NCBI GenBank assembly: GCA_002471575.1
Contig: DKQG01000050.1
Span: 9,813 to 73,812 of the forward strand
Length of the DNA: 64,000 bases
Direction: 5' to 3'
From: Alphaproteobacteria bacterium UBA7314
GTDB lineage: Bacteria > Pseudomonadota > Alphaproteobacteria > MPNO01 > UBA830
How positions within the stretch are numbered: the first letter of the stretch is position 1; each line of letters opens with the position of its first letter. This document shows positions 38,489-48,869 of the stretch, piece by piece. Under the pieces are notes generated by a model that did not search any database, was not told the DNA's origin, and saw only the letters and a list, made by a program, of their open reading frames with translations. The translations under genes and the position numbers were made by a program.

Positions 38489-39865
38489 TCATCTCATGCC
38501 GGGTCCCGGCGGCAAGCCGGGGGGCATTATTCCGGGCATTCCGGACCGCATCAGGCCCTTCTTTCCCATCTTCTTCATCTTTTTCATCATGCGGGTCATT
38601 TCCTGATACTGCTTCAGGAGCTTGTTGACGTCCTGCACGGTGGTGCCCGATCCGGCGGCGATCCGGCGCTTGCGGGATGCCTTGATCACGTCGGGTTTCT
38701 TGCGTTCGGTGACCGTCATCGAGCCGATGATCGCTTCCTGGTGGATGACCGTCTTGTCGTCGACATTGGCCGCCGCCATCTGCGCCTGCGCCTTTTTTAC
38801 GCCGGGCAGCATGCCCATCACGCCACTCAGCCCGCCCATCTTGCGAAGCTGGCGAAGCTGCGAGGCGAAATCATCGAGATCAAAGCTGCCCGCCTCCATC
38901 TTCTTCATCAGCCGTTCGGCTTCGTCCTGCTCAACCAGCTCGGACGCTTTTTCAACCAGGCTGACGACATCGCCCATGCCGAGAATACGCGACGCGATCC
39001 GGTCGGGGTGAAAGGCTTCTAACGCTTCCAGTTTTTCGCCAGTGCCCAGCAGGCGGATCGGCGTGCCGGTAACGGCCTTCATCGACAATGCGGCGCCACC
39101 ACGGGCATCTCCGTCGACACGGGTCAGCACGATACCCGTTAGGTCAAGCTTCTCGTTGAAAGACTCGGCGACGTTCACGGCATCTTGGCCGGTCATGGCA
39201 TCGGCAACCAGTAGGATTTCCGCCGGGCGCGCGCCGTCGCGCACATCCGCGACCTCGGCCATCAGGTCATCGTCGACATGCAGGCGGCCCGCGGTATCTA
39301 GGATGACCACGTCGTAGCCTTCCCTCTTCGCCGTATCCATGGCGCGGTCTGCGATCATGCGCGGCGTCTGGAGCGGCACGATCGGTAGGGTATCCACTTT
39401 GGCCTGTTCGCCGAGCACCGCCAACTGCTGCTGTGCCGCCGGGCGGCGCACGTCGAGCGACGCCATCAGCACCTTCTTAGCCTGCTTTTCTTGGATGCGC
39501 CTGGCGATCTTAGCCGACGACGTCGTCTTACCGGAACCCTGCAGCCCGACCATCATCACGGCTGCGGGCGATGCGGCGCGAACCTCGAAGTCTTCGGTCT
39601 CCGGCCCGAGCATCTCGACCAGGTAGTCGTTGACGATCTTGACGACTTGCTGGCCCGGCGTCACCGAGCGCAGGACTTCCTCGCCGACGGCCCGTTCCTT
39701 TACGCCGTCGACGAAATCCTTGACGACGGGCAGCGCGACATCGGCTTCGAGCAGGGCGACGCGGATTTCGCGCATCGTCGCCGACACGTCGGCCTCGGAC
39801 AGCGCACCGCGCTTCTTCAGCTTGTCGAATATCTCGCCGAAACGATCTGTCAGTCCGTCGAACAT
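38489..39865 (-). CDS. ffh: Signal recognition particle protein Ffh
   Basis: 458 aa with an N domain, a GTPase domain (GLQGSGKTTSSAKIA, DTAGR) and a Met-rich M domain (MMKKMKKMGKKGLMRSGM). Confidence 0.95.
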   Translation of the reverse strand: MFDGLTDRFGEIFDKLKKRGALSEADVSATMREIRVALLEADVALPVVKDFVDGVKERAVGEEVLRSVTPGQQVVKIVNDYLVEMLGPETEDFEVRAASPAAVMMVGLQGSGKTTSSAKIARRIQEKQAKKVLMASLDVRRPAAQQQLAVLGEQAKVDTLPIVPLQTPRMIADRAMDTAKREGYDVVILDTAGRLHVDDDLMAEVADVRDGARPAEILLVADAMTGQDAVNVAESFNEKLDLTGIVLTRVDGDARGGAALSMKAVTGTPIRLLGTGEKLEALEAFHPDRIASRILGMGDVVSLVEKASELVEQDEAERLMKKMEAGSFDLDDFASQLRQLRKMGGLSGVMGMLPGVKKAQAQMAAANVDDKTVIHQEAIIGSMTVTERKKPDVIKASRKRRIAAGSGTTVQDVNKLLKQYQEMTRMMKKMKKMGKKGLMRSGMPGIMPPGLPPGPGMR

Positions 39866-40178
39866 GTGCCCTTGGCACTCCGTTCAGTTACCTCGACCCG
39901 CAATTCCGACTGTCAAAAATTCCCCAACGCAAATCGCGCCAGTGCGCGCACCTGCGCGGACCGACGTTCACCCGAAAGCGTTGGACAATGTCTTTTGTCT
40001 TGGGCGGGGCGGAAATTAGGGGGGTTTGGGGGTGACGTCAAGGATTTAGAGGCATCTGAAGTCCCATTTGACCGTCATCACATAATTGCCTCATTTCTGC
40101 GCTTTAACCGTAACAATTAATTCCCAGTTTAGGGGGTAACTTCACATTACGCAGACGGATGGTACAAGGAATACCGGG

Positions 40179-40370
40179 ATGAAGACCTCGCAAACGACCC
40201 CTAGAGTAGCAGCGGCAATTGCCGGCATGGCGCTGTTTCTGGGCGCTGCCGCAGCTGCGGGTATCGAACGCGGCAAGGACATGGTGGGCTCAGGTGAAGT
40301 GGTGTCCGCGCAGGAAGCTATTTGGGCGCTTGATATCGTGACAACCGTCGGTTCCTCCTACGCCGAGTAG
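40179..40370 (+). CDS. Possible small secreted peptide (63 aa)
   Basis: AAGGAA lies 8 nt upstream of the ATG. A signal-like N-terminus MKTSQTTPRVAAAIAGMALFLGAAAAAG leaves a mature part of about 35 aa (IERGKDMVGSGEVVSAQEAIWALDIVTTVGSSYAE). I recognise no family. It is convergent with the neighbouring amidohydrolase gene. Confidence 0.35.
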   Translation: MKTSQTTPRVAAAIAGMALFLGAAAAAGIERGKDMVGSGEVVSAQEAIWALDIVTTVGSSYAE

Positions 40371-40424
40371 GATAACGCCCGCCTCGGGAATGGACGGAAC
40401 GCCTGCACGCGCTTGGCGCGCAAT

Positions 40425-41495
40425 TCAGTTCAGATTGTAGAAGCTGATCATGTTGTCATGAACCAGCTTGCACTTGATCTCGTTCGAGAACTCGTTGTTT
40501 TCCAGGAACTCGGGCAACTCTGTGGTGAGATCCTCCTCGGTCGGCTCGTGAGGGTAGTCCGACGCGTAGAGGATGCGGTCCGGGCCTATGGCGTCGATGG
40601 TGTATTTTAGGTTCCGCTCGCCGAGCTCCACGGCGACCCAGAAATTGTCCCCTTCGCGCAGATAGTCTGACGGGCGCTTTTTCAGCTTGGCCCGGCTGGC
40701 CGCCCCGAACACGGATTCGTATTCGTAATCCATGCGGTCCATCATGAATGGTACCCAGGTCGCGCCGCCTTCTAGGAAGGCAATCTTCAGCTTGGGGAAA
40801 GCATCCCACATGCCTGAGAACACGATGTCAGTCAGCTGCATCATCAGCGGGAACGGGTGTTCCAGCGTGTGCACCTTCACGAATTCGCGGAAATGGTTGA
40901 AACCCATGCCGCGGCTCGGCCCGCCGTGGATGGCTAGCGGCATGTTGTTCTTTTCCGCCGCCTCGAAGATCGGCCAGAAGAACTCGTCGCCGCAGGTTTT
41001 GCCCAGATAGGTCTGCGACGGCAGCATCATGGCGGGGAAGCGCACGCGCTCGTTGGCGCAGCGCTCGATCTCCTTCGCCGCCTCTTCCGGCACCTGCACC
41101 GGCACGATACCGGCGCCGTAGAGCCGTTCGTCCTTCGACGTGTAGCGGTCTTCCAGCCAGTTGTTGTAGGCCTTGATGGTCTCGACCACCCACTTGGGAT
41201 CCGAGATCAGCCCGGCCGCAAGACCCGCCGTCGGATAAAGCACCGTGCCGTCGGCACCGATTATGTCGAGCATCTCGGCCCACACATCGGCGTCGGTATG
41301 GGTATAGCGTCGGGGTTAGCAGTCGTTGGATGCCATGATGAAGCCGCGCGCCCACCCATCGAGGCTGGGCCAGACCCCAAAGGTCTTGAAGCGCTGCAGA
41401 TTGGCAAAATCGCCCTCAAAATATTCAGCGATCTCTTCATCGTTCTCGAGCACGTGCCCGTCGCCGTCAAAGACGTCGAATCCGTTGATAGCCAT
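40425..41495 (-). pseudogene. Amidohydrolase-2 family (ACMSD-like metal-dependent hydrolase/decarboxylase) gene interrupted by an in-frame TAA
   Basis: The C-terminal 286 codons (40425-41285) carry amidohydrolase-2 motifs (AIHGGP.., ..ILYASDYPHEP). An N-terminal 58-codon segment (41322-41495, MAINGFDVFDGDGHVLE..) is in the same frame. The two are separated by a single TAA at 41316-41318 on the minus strand. Confidence 0.6.
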
Positions 41496-41701
41496 CAGTC
41501 CCTCCCGGTTTTCATCGCGTTCCCTGCCCTAAATTCATGACCTCCACAGGCACCGAGTCAATGACGGTCCGGGAGGGTAAGAGGGCCGACGCCGAGACAA
41601 CGAATGTTCAGGCTTCTCCCCAAACAAGGGAGAAGGCGGATTTGGAAATCGCGTCCGGAAGGATATATGCTCTGGCAACAGTTTGACCGACCGAGGCGGC
41701 C

Positions 41702-42100
41702 ATGACCGAAAACACGCTCGATAATTTCGAAAACGGCGACGAGACCAAGATCAACTACTACCACGCCCATATCTATTACGGCGACGACGACGCTGTGCGC
41801 GAAACTGCGGCGCGACTGCGTGAAAAGGCGTGGAACAAATGGCCCGGCAAGGTGCGCATGGGCCGGTTCCGCGACAAGGCGGTCGGACCGCATCCGCTGG
41901 CCATGTACCAGATCGAGTTCGACCACGAGATCTTCGACGAGATCGTTCCCTGGCTGATGTACAACCGCGACGGCTTGACCATCCTGCTCCATCCCGACGC
42001 CGAAGACGCCTGGCGCGATCACGCCTGGTACCCGTTCTGGATGGGCGAAAAGCTGGACCTACGACTGAACTGGCTGGCGGCGGGCAACCGACAGGCTTAG
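41702..42100 (+). CDS. DOPA 4,5-dioxygenase-family protein (small aromatic ring-cleavage dioxygenase-like)
   Basis: 132 aa with the motif YHAHIYYGDDD..., which is characteristic of the approximately 110-130-aa DOPA-dioxygenase family. Confidence 0.6.
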   Translation: MTENTLDNFENGDETKINYYHAHIYYGDDDAVRETAARLREKAWNKWPGKVRMGRFRDKAVGPHPLAMYQIEFDHEIFDEIVPWLMYNRDGLTILLHPDAEDAWRDHAWYPFWMGEKLDLRLNWLAAGNRQA

Positions 42101-43338
42101 GGCGTATACCGCCTGAGCCGCTTCCAGATCAGCCACGCGGCGAGGCCGAGTACGACTTGCATGCCGATAACAGGGTACAGCGTTCCGTCATAGATCAGTC
42201 CCTGGGCAAGCGATACGGCAGCGGCCGCGCACATCTGCACGAAGCCGAGTACCGCCGCCGCCGCGCCCGCGGCTTTGGGGTGGGACATCATCACGCCTGC
42301 CGCCGTGTTAGGGGCCAGAAACCCGCCGCCGAACCAGAATACAAACTGGAGCGCGACGATAAGCGCGACTGGCAGCCACCCCGCCAGAGCCAGTCCGGTC
42401 AGCACGAGGGGCGGAAAAAACATTAGCGCGAGACTGACATGGATAACCTTCGCCGAGCCCCAGCGGGGAATCGCCGAGCGTGCGGCGAACGATCCTGTCA
42501 GAAAGCCCGACATGGCGAGGGCGGCGATTACGCCGTAGACGGAAGGCATCGTGCCCAGACTTTCGATGAAGTAGTACGGCCCGCCGGCGACGAAGCAATA
42601 GAGCCCCGCATAGCCGATCGAGTGGGTTAGCATGAAAGCGAGAAAGCCCTTGTGCCGGAACAGGCCCAGATAGACGATATGGACCTTCTGTGCTTCCGAC
42701 GCGGGGGCAACGGTACCGGTTTCGGGCAGGACGAAGAGTGTCGAGACGAGCCAGATCAGCGCGGCGGCACCGGCAAAAACGAACCCGGCGCGCCAGCTGG
42801 CAACGTCGATGAGCGCACCGCCGACCAGGGGAGCAGCCAGAAAAGAGGCGGCCATCAGAGCGAACAGCGCTGCCATGGCTTTCGGCGCGCCGTCCGCGCC
42901 GTAGATATCCCGAACGATGGCCCGCGACACGACGTACCCCGAAGCGCCGCCCAGCCCTTGGATGGCACGGCCCAGAACGATCACCCAGATACTGTCCGCC
43001 ATGGCAGCGATTGCCGACCCGGCCAAAGTGAGGACCGCCCCGATCAGCAGCGCGGTCCGGCGGCCGCGGCGGTCGGAGAACGGACCAAAGAACAACTGGC
43101 CCGACGCAAACATCACGGCAAAGGAAACAATGGTGAGCTGGATGGTCACGGGCGACCGCTGAAAAACGTCGCCCAGGGCCGGCATGGCGGGCACGATCAG
43201 CCCGGTCGCGACTTCTCCGAAAGACGTACAAAGAACCAGCGTCGCGAAAACCAGAACGCCGGCGCCCTCACGAGGGCGGGACACGAACTGGTTTTCGGAT
43301 TCTCGGGTCATGATGGGCAACCGATCCCGGAACCGCAT
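42097..43338 (-). CDS. MFS transporter (Bcr/CflA-like drug:H+ antiporter family)
   Basis: About 410 aa with 12 predicted TM segments and the MFS motif GPFSDRRGRRTALL after TM2. The start is ambiguous between 43338 and 43311. Confidence 0.85.
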   Translation of the reverse strand: MRFRDRLPIMTRESENQFVSRPREGAGVLVFATLVLCTSFGEVATGLIVPAMPALGDVFQRSPVTIQLTIVSFAVMFASGQLFFGPFSDRRGRRTALLIGAVLTLAGSAIAAMADSIWVIVLGRAIQGLGGASGYVVSRAIVRDIYGADGAPKAMAALFALMAASFLAAPLVGGALIDVASWRAGFVFAGAAALIWLVSTLFVLPETGTVAPASEAQKVHIVYLGLFRHKGFLAFMLTHSIGYAGLYCFVAGGPYYFIESLGTMPSVYGVIAALAMSGFLTGSFAARSAIPRWGSAKVIHVSLALMFFPPLVLTGLALAGWLPVALIVALQFVFWFGGGFLAPNTAAGVMMSHPKAAGAAAAVLGFVQMCAAAAVSLAQGLIYDGTLYPVIGMQVVLGLAAWLIWKRLRRYTP

Positions 43339-43349
43339 TCTCCCAACAT

Positions 43350-44288
43350 CTAGTCCTCAAGCCCCACCAGCGAGCGCGCAAAGGCATCAGCTTCGAACGG
43401 ACGCAGGTCGTCTTCGCCCTCGCCGACGCCGACGGCGTGCACCGGCAGACCGAACTTTTCCGCCAGCGCGACCAGTACGCCGCCGCGCGCCGAGCCGTCC
43501 AGTTTGGTCACCACCAGTCCGGTGACGCTGCACATGCTCTGGAAGGTTTCGACCTGGGAATGGGCGTTCTGACCGGTGGTGGCATCCAACACCAGCAGCG
43601 TGTCGTGCGGCGCGGTTTTGTCCTGCTTCGAGATAACCCGCACGACCTTTTGCAATTGCTGCATCAGGTCGTCACGGTTCTGCAGGCGGCCGGCGGTATC
43701 GATCAGCAACACGTCGATGTCGTCCGCCCGGGCGCGGTCGATGGCTTCGAACGCAAGGCTGGCGGCATCGGCGCCCTGCTCGCTTGCCACCACGGGGCAC
43801 CCCGTCCGTTCGCCCCAGATCTTGAGCTGTTCAATGGCTGCTGCGCGGAACGTGTCACCCGCCGCCAGCATCACGGACTTCCCGTCCTCCCTCAGGCGTT
43901 TGGCGAGCTTGCCGATGGTCGTCGTCTTGCCAGACCCGTTGACCCCGGTGACGAGGATGACATGTGGGCGATGAACGGCATTGGCGGCCAGCGGCCTGGC
44001 GACCGGTTCTAGGATGGCGGACACTTCGTCCGCGAGCGCAGTGCGAATTTCGTCTGCCGAGACTTCCTTGTCGAACCGGGTACCGGCCAGCGATGCCGAT
44101 AGTTTGGCTGCCGTCTCCACGCCCAGATCGGACGTGATCAAAAGGTCTTCGAGCTCTTCCAGCGCGGCATCGTCCAGCTTTCGGCCGGAAAAGATGCCAA
44201 CGATGCCGTCGGACAGGCGGGACGAAGATCGGCTGAGTCCGGCGCGAAGGCGTGCAAGCCAACCCTTTTTCTCGCTCTCTTCGCTCAT
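43350..44288 (-). CDS. ftsY: Signal recognition particle receptor FtsY (short form, NG domain)
   Basis: 312 aa with GTPase motifs GVNGSGKTTTIGKLA and DTAGRLQN. Confidence 0.93.
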   Translation of the reverse strand: MSEESEKKGWLARLRAGLSRSSSRLSDGIVGIFSGRKLDDAALEELEDLLITSDLGVETAAKLSASLAGTRFDKEVSADEIRTALADEVSAILEPVARPLAANAVHRPHVILVTGVNGSGKTTTIGKLAKRLREDGKSVMLAAGDTFRAAAIEQLKIWGERTGCPVVASEQGADAASLAFEAIDRARADDIDVLLIDTAGRLQNRDDLMQQLQKVVRVISKQDKTAPHDTLLVLDATTGQNAHSQVETFQSMCSVTGLVVTKLDGSARGGVLVALAEKFGLPVHAVGVGEGEDDLRPFEADAFARSLVGLED

Positions 44289-45535
44289 GCGGCTTTTCGC
44301 GCGATCAGCGTGTCGTTGTCACGGGCGACGATGCGGGCGGGCACGATAACGCCATCCGCCGCTGCGCCGTCGATGCGGACATTGGCGAACTGAGGCGTCC
44401 GACCGGCCGCGTCCTTTTCGACCAGCACGTCGGCGACGGAGCCGATCTGCGCATCGAGGAACCGCTGTACCTGCGCCGCTCCCGCCGCGCGCAGTTCGGC
44501 GGCGCGGGCCTTACGTATGTCACCGGGCAGTTGCGGCATCTTCGCCGCGGGCGTGCCGGAGCGCTCGGAATAGGGAAATACGTGCAGCCACGTCAGCCCG
44601 CACCGCTCGACCAGCGAAACGGAATTTGCGAACGCGTCGTCGGTTTCGGTCGGGAAGCCGGCGATGATATCGGCGCCGAACGCGGCGTCGGGGCGCAGAG
44701 CCCGGACACGGTCGACGAAACGTTCGATATCGGCACGACAGTGGCGGCGTTTCATGCGTTTCAGGATCAGGTCGTCGCCCGACTGCACACTGATATGGAA
44801 ATGCGGCATCAGACGCGGTTCGTCCGCGATCAGGCCGAACAGCGTGTCGTCAATTTCCGCCGGATCGACCGAGCTGAGCCGCAGCCGCGGCAGATCGGAC
44901 ACCAACGCCAGCAGGCGTTTGATCATGTCGCCGAGCCGCGGCCTACCGGGCAGGTCCAGTCCGTAGTCAGTGATGTCGACGCCGGTCAGCACAATTTCGC
45001 GGTAGCCCTGATCGACCAGGGTACGGACCTGGTCGACGATCACGCCGATGGGGACCGAACGGTTATTTCCGCGGCCGAACGGGATGATGCAGAACGTGCA
45101 ACGGTGATCGCAGCCCTGCTGGATCTCGACGAAGACCCGGGCGCGGCCCTCGAAACCGGAAATCAGGTGCGGTGCGGTTTCGCGAACGGTCATGATGTCG
45201 TTGACCGACACGCGGGGGGTATCGCCGAGCCCGGACCATGTGTCGGCACGCAGCTTTTCCTCGTTACCGATCACGCGATCGACTTCTTCCATGGCGGCGT
45301 ACTTGTCCGGGTCGATCTGCGCAGCACAGCCGGTGACGATGATCCGGGCGTCGGGGTTTTCGCGCCGGGCGCGGCGGATGGACTGGCGCACCTGGCGTTC
45401 GGCCTCTGCCGTGACGGCGCAGGAATTTACGATAACCGCGTCTTCCAGTCCGGTGGCGGCGGCATGGCCGCGCATGACCTCGGATTCAAAGGCATTGAGC
45501 CGGCAGCCGAATGTCAGGATGTCTGTCGCGCTCAT
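44285..45535 (-). CDS. mtaB: Radical-SAM methylthiotransferase, MiaB-like (MtaB)
   Basis: 416 aa with an N-terminal MTTase domain ([11 protein letters not shown]), the radical-SAM CxxxCxxC box ([11 protein letters not shown]) and a C-terminal TRAM-like domain. It sits between dapF and ftsY, the usual alphaproteobacterial context. Confidence 0.85.
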   Translation of the reverse strand: MSATDILTFGCRLNAFESEVMRGHAAATGLEDAVIVNSCAVTAEAERQVRQSIRRARRENPDARIIVTGCAAQIDPDKYAAMEEVDRVIGNEEKLRADTWSGLGDTPRVSVNDIMTVRETAPHLISGFEGRARVFVEIQQGCDHRCTFCIIPFGRGNNRSVPIGVIVDQVRTLVDQGYREIVLTGVDITDYGLDLPGRPRLGDMIKRLLALVSDLPRLRLSSVDPAEIDDTLFGLIADEPRLMPHFHISVQSGDDLILKRMKRRHCRADIERFVDRVRALRPDAAFGADIIAGFPTETDDAFANSVSLVERCGLTWLHVFPYSERSGTPAAKMPQLPGDIRKARAAELRAAGAAQVQRFLDAQIGSVADVLVEKDAAGRTPQFANVRIDGAAADGVIVPARIVARDNDTLIARKAA

Positions 45536-46392
45536 CCGAGCAGGCTTTCGTCGATCGTTCCGGAGAAGCTGGTGGCCCCCGGACCGGTCATGAACACACG
45601 GCCCGGTTCGCCGGGTCGGTCCTCGCGCCAGTCGATCAGCAGTTCGCCTCCGTCGACAACGACCACCATGCGCCGGCCGGCCAGGTTGCGGCGGTTGGCA
45701 TTGACCACGGCAGCGCAGGCGCCGGTCCCGCAGGCCGAGGTCAGCCCGACGCCGCGCTCCCAGACGCGAAGTCGCATGCGATCCGGTGCCAGGATCTGGG
45801 CGACGCCGATATTGGCCCGTTCCGGAAAGACCGGATGGACTTCCAGTTCCGGGCCGACCAGAGCGATAGGTATGGAATCGACATCGTCGACGAAAAAAGT
45901 TGCATGCGGGTTGCCCATGCTGACCGCCGCCGGGTCGTCCAACGGTCCGCAGGCAAGATCGAGATGAAGCGTGTCGGCTTCCGCCACCAGCGGAATCTGG
46001 TCCCAGTCGCCGCGCGGAATACCCATGTCGACCGACACCAGCCCGTAACCCGCGCGTTTCACCGTCAGCAGGTCGGCGCCGGTGCGGACCCTTACCGCGT
46101 CGCCGTCGACTTCGTCCAGAAGTACGGCGCCGATGCAGCGCGTGGCATTGCCGCAGGCATCGACCTCGCCCCCGTCGGCGTTGCGGATGCGCATGAAGGC
46201 GTGGGAGTCGCCGTCGGGCGCGTCCTCGATGATGATGAACTGGTCGCAGCCGACGCCGGTACGGCGGTCGGCGATCGCCGCCGCCTGGGCAGCCGAAATC
46301 GCCGCGCCGGCGGCGGGTTTCCCGCCACGCGCGTCAATCACCACGAAATCGTTGCCGAGCCCGTGCATTTTCGTAAACGGCAGTTCGGTCAT
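45532..46392 (-). CDS. dapF: Diaminopimelate epimerase
   Basis: 286 aa beginning [23 protein letters not shown], with the two catalytic Cys regions ([16 protein letters not shown]; ACGTGACAA). Confidence 0.93.
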   Translation of the reverse strand: MTELPFTKMHGLGNDFVVIDARGGKPAAGAAISAAQAAAIADRRTGVGCDQFIIIEDAPDGDSHAFMRIRNADGGEVDACGNATRCIGAVLLDEVDGDAVRVRTGADLLTVKRAGYGLVSVDMGIPRGDWDQIPLVAEADTLHLDLACGPLDDPAAVSMGNPHATFFVDDVDSIPIALVGPELEVHPVFPERANIGVAQILAPDRMRLRVWERGVGLTSACGTGACAAVVNANRRNLAGRRMVVVVDGGELLIDWREDRPGEPGRVFMTGPGATSFSGTIDESLLG

Positions 46393-46550
46393 AGCGCGCG
46401 TAATATGGCGGGAACGGGGGCGAAGTCCAGCGGAATAGAATACGCCGGTTTAGTTGGGGGCGTTTCGATCGCCTACCCCTCGACTCGGGCCCGCGATTCC
46501 GGGAATATCGATCCGGGAACAGGGACGACGATCGAACGAAGGTAACCGCA

Positions 46551-48869
46551 ATGCAATTTGGTGTTGGACAGCCCGTGCCGCGCACGGAGGATCCGAAATT
46601 TCTGATGGGCCAGGGACAGTATGTGGACGATATCCGTCTACCCTTTACGGCAATCGGCTATGTACTGCGGTCGCCCTATCCGCATGCGAAGGTCAACGGC
46701 GTCAACGCAGACGCGGCGAAGGAAGCGCCGGGCGTCGTATTGATCCTGACCGGCGCCGATGCGGAGGCGCAGGGTCTCGGCACGCTGCACTGCCACGTCC
46801 CTCCAATGGCGTTCGGCGGACCGCCTTCACCGACCCCGGCGCATCCGATCCTGGCGCGCGACCGGGTCCGTTGCGTCGGCGATCCCGTGGCATTTGTGGT
46901 GGCCGAAACGCTGGCCGAGGCCAAGGACGCCGCCGAGATGATCGAGGTCAATTACGAGGCCCTGCCAGCCGTCGGATCGACCCGTGCCGCGGTGAAAGAC
47001 GGTGCGCCACAGGTATGGGACGACAATCCCGGCAATCTGTGGTTCGAAATGGACCGCGGTGACGCCGATGCCACCGACGCCGCCTTCGCTAGAGCGGCAC
47101 ATGTGGTGAAAGCGGACCTGCACCACAACCGGATTTCCGCCAATGCCATGGAGCCGCGCGCGGCGCTGGCCGAATACAGCGCGGGCCGGCGCGAATGGAC
47201 GTGCTACATGTCGAGCCAAGGCACCCATCAGCACCGCCCGACTTTCGCCGAGATATTTCATCAACCAGCGACCGCGTTCCGGGTGATCGCGCCCGATGTG
47301 GGCGGAGGGTTCGGTATGAAAAACGGCGTCTTCCCGGAAGATGCACTGGTCGCCTGGGCCGCACGGGAGCTAGGACGGCCCGTCAAATGGACGGGGGACC
47401 GGTCTGAATCGCTGATCAGCGACACTCACGCCCGCGACGCCGAAACCGACAGCGAAATGGCGCTGGACGAGAACGGCAAGATTCTCGCCATCCGCGTGAA
47501 GGCGGATTACGGCGTCGGCGCCTATCTGTCCGCGTCAGCACCAGTACCGGCCTGCATCGGGTCGATGGTGTACCAGAACGTCTACGTATACGGCGCCATG
47601 CACATTCATATCCGCGTGGTTTTCAGCAATACCACCTGGACCGGCCCCTATCGCGGCGCCGGACGTCCGGAAGCGGTCTACGTGGTCGAACGGCTGCTCG
47701 ATATCGCCGCCGACGAGATGGGCATAGATCCGGTGGAAATCCGTCAGCGGAATTATATCACCGAGGAGAAGATGCCCTTCACCACGCTAATCCCGACGGT
47801 ATACGATTCCGGCGATTTTCCGGGGATCACGGATCATGCGGCGGACATCGCCGACATTCCCGGGTTCGAGGCGCGTAAGGCGGAAAGCGCTGCTCGCGGC
47901 AAGCTGCGAGGGCTGGGCACGTGTTCGTTCATTGATTTCGCATCGCCGTTCAACGACCGCATGGAAATCCGCTTCGACGATACCGGCTCGGTGACCGTGG
48001 TCGCGGGAACGCACAGCCACGGCCAGGGCCACCAGACGGTATATGCCCAGATGATCCACAGCTGGCTCGGCGTACCGTTCGAGAAGATTCGCCTTTTACA
48101 GGGTGATTCTGACAAGGTCACTTACGGTCGCGGCACCTACGGGTCGCGCTCAATGACCATAGGCGGTTCAGCGCTCCGGCTCGCCGCCGACAAGATCATC
48201 GACAAGGCGAGGAAGATCGCCGCCCACGTTCTCGAGGCAGCGGAGGAAGATATCGAGTTCGCCGACGGCAACCTGACCGTCGCCGGGACAGACAAGTCGA
48301 TGCATATCTGCGACATAGCGCCGATGTCCTATATGCCGATGGGTTGGCCGACGGAGCTGGGAATTGGGCTGGAAGCAGAAGCCACCTGGAACCCTGAAAC
48401 CGGCCCCAACTGGCCGAACGGCACCCACTTCACCGAGGTCGAGGTGGATCCCGATACCGGGTTCGTGGATCTGGTCCGCCACATCGCGGTCAACGATTCC
48501 GGCGAGGTGATCAACCCGCTGCTGCTGGCTGGCCAGGTCCATGGCGGCGTCGCCCAGGGGGTCGGACAGGCACTGATGGAAGACGTCACCTACGACTCCG
48601 ACGGCCAGATCCTGGCCGGGTCATTCCTAGACTATTGTATGCCCCGCGCCGACGACCTGCCGATGATCGAAACGTCGGACTTCGTGGCCGCCTGCCAGAC
48701 CAATCCGCTGGGCGTGAAAGGCGGCGGCGAATCCGGGACGGTGGGATCTATCGCGTCGACGGTAAACGCCATCGTCGATGCGCTTTCCGATTACGGCGTG
48801 ACCGATATCGACATGCCGGCGACGCCGCTGAAGGTGTGGCAGGCCATACAGCAAGGGACGACTGCCTGA
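46551..48869 (+). CDS. Molybdopterin-binding large subunit of a xanthine dehydrogenase / CO dehydrogenase-family enzyme (form-II CoxL-like), orphan
   Basis: 772 aa. The active-site loop GPYRGAGRPE is the AYRGAGR type that marks form-II CoxL homologues, not true CO dehydrogenases. Mo-hydroxylase a/b hammerhead and MPT-binding domains are present throughout. No CoxS or CoxM partner gene is adjacent. Confidence 0.85.
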   Translation: MQFGVGQPVPRTEDPKFLMGQGQYVDDIRLPFTAIGYVLRSPYPHAKVNGVNADAAKEAPGVVLILTGADAEAQGLGTLHCHVPPMAFGGPPSPTPAHPILARDRVRCVGDPVAFVVAETLAEAKDAAEMIEVNYEALPAVGSTRAAVKDGAPQVWDDNPGNLWFEMDRGDADATDAAFARAAHVVKADLHHNRISANAMEPRAALAEYSAGRREWTCYMSSQGTHQHRPTFAEIFHQPATAFRVIAPDVGGGFGMKNGVFPEDALVAWAARELGRPVKWTGDRSESLISDTHARDAETDSEMALDENGKILAIRVKADYGVGAYLSASAPVPACIGSMVYQNVYVYGAMHIHIRVVFSNTTWTGPYRGAGRPEAVYVVERLLDIAADEMGIDPVEIRQRNYITEEKMPFTTLIPTVYDSGDFPGITDHAADIADIPGFEARKAESAARGKLRGLGTCSFIDFASPFNDRMEIRFDDTGSVTVVAGTHSHGQGHQTVYAQMIHSWLGVPFEKIRLLQGDSDKVTYGRGTYGSRSMTIGGSALRLAADKIIDKARKIAAHVLEAAEEDIEFADGNLTVAGTDKSMHICDIAPMSYMPMGWPTELGIGLEAEATWNPETGPNWPNGTHFTEVEVDPDTGFVDLVRHIAVNDSGEVINPLLLAGQVHGGVAQGVGQALMEDVTYDSDGQILAGSFLDYCMPRADDLPMIETSDFVAACQTNPLGVKGGGESGTVGSIASTVNAIVDALSDYGVTDIDMPATPLKVWQAIQQGTTA

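Noticed and set aside
41540-41640. Perfect 8-bp hairpin (cttctccc-caaacaa-gggagaag) in the divergent amidohydrolase / DOPA-dioxygenase promoter region
   Set aside because: There is no flanking U-tract, so it is not a terminator. It may be an operator or an mRNA 5' structure, but there is no further evidence, so I did not call it as a feature.
46420-46500. tRNA-like T-arm resemblance (GGGGGCGTTTCGATCGCC...ACCCCTCGA) upstream of the CoxL-like gene
   Set aside because: I could not fold a complete cloverleaf. No D-arm or anticodon arm with the correct spacing is present, and the T-loop deviates from TTCRANY.
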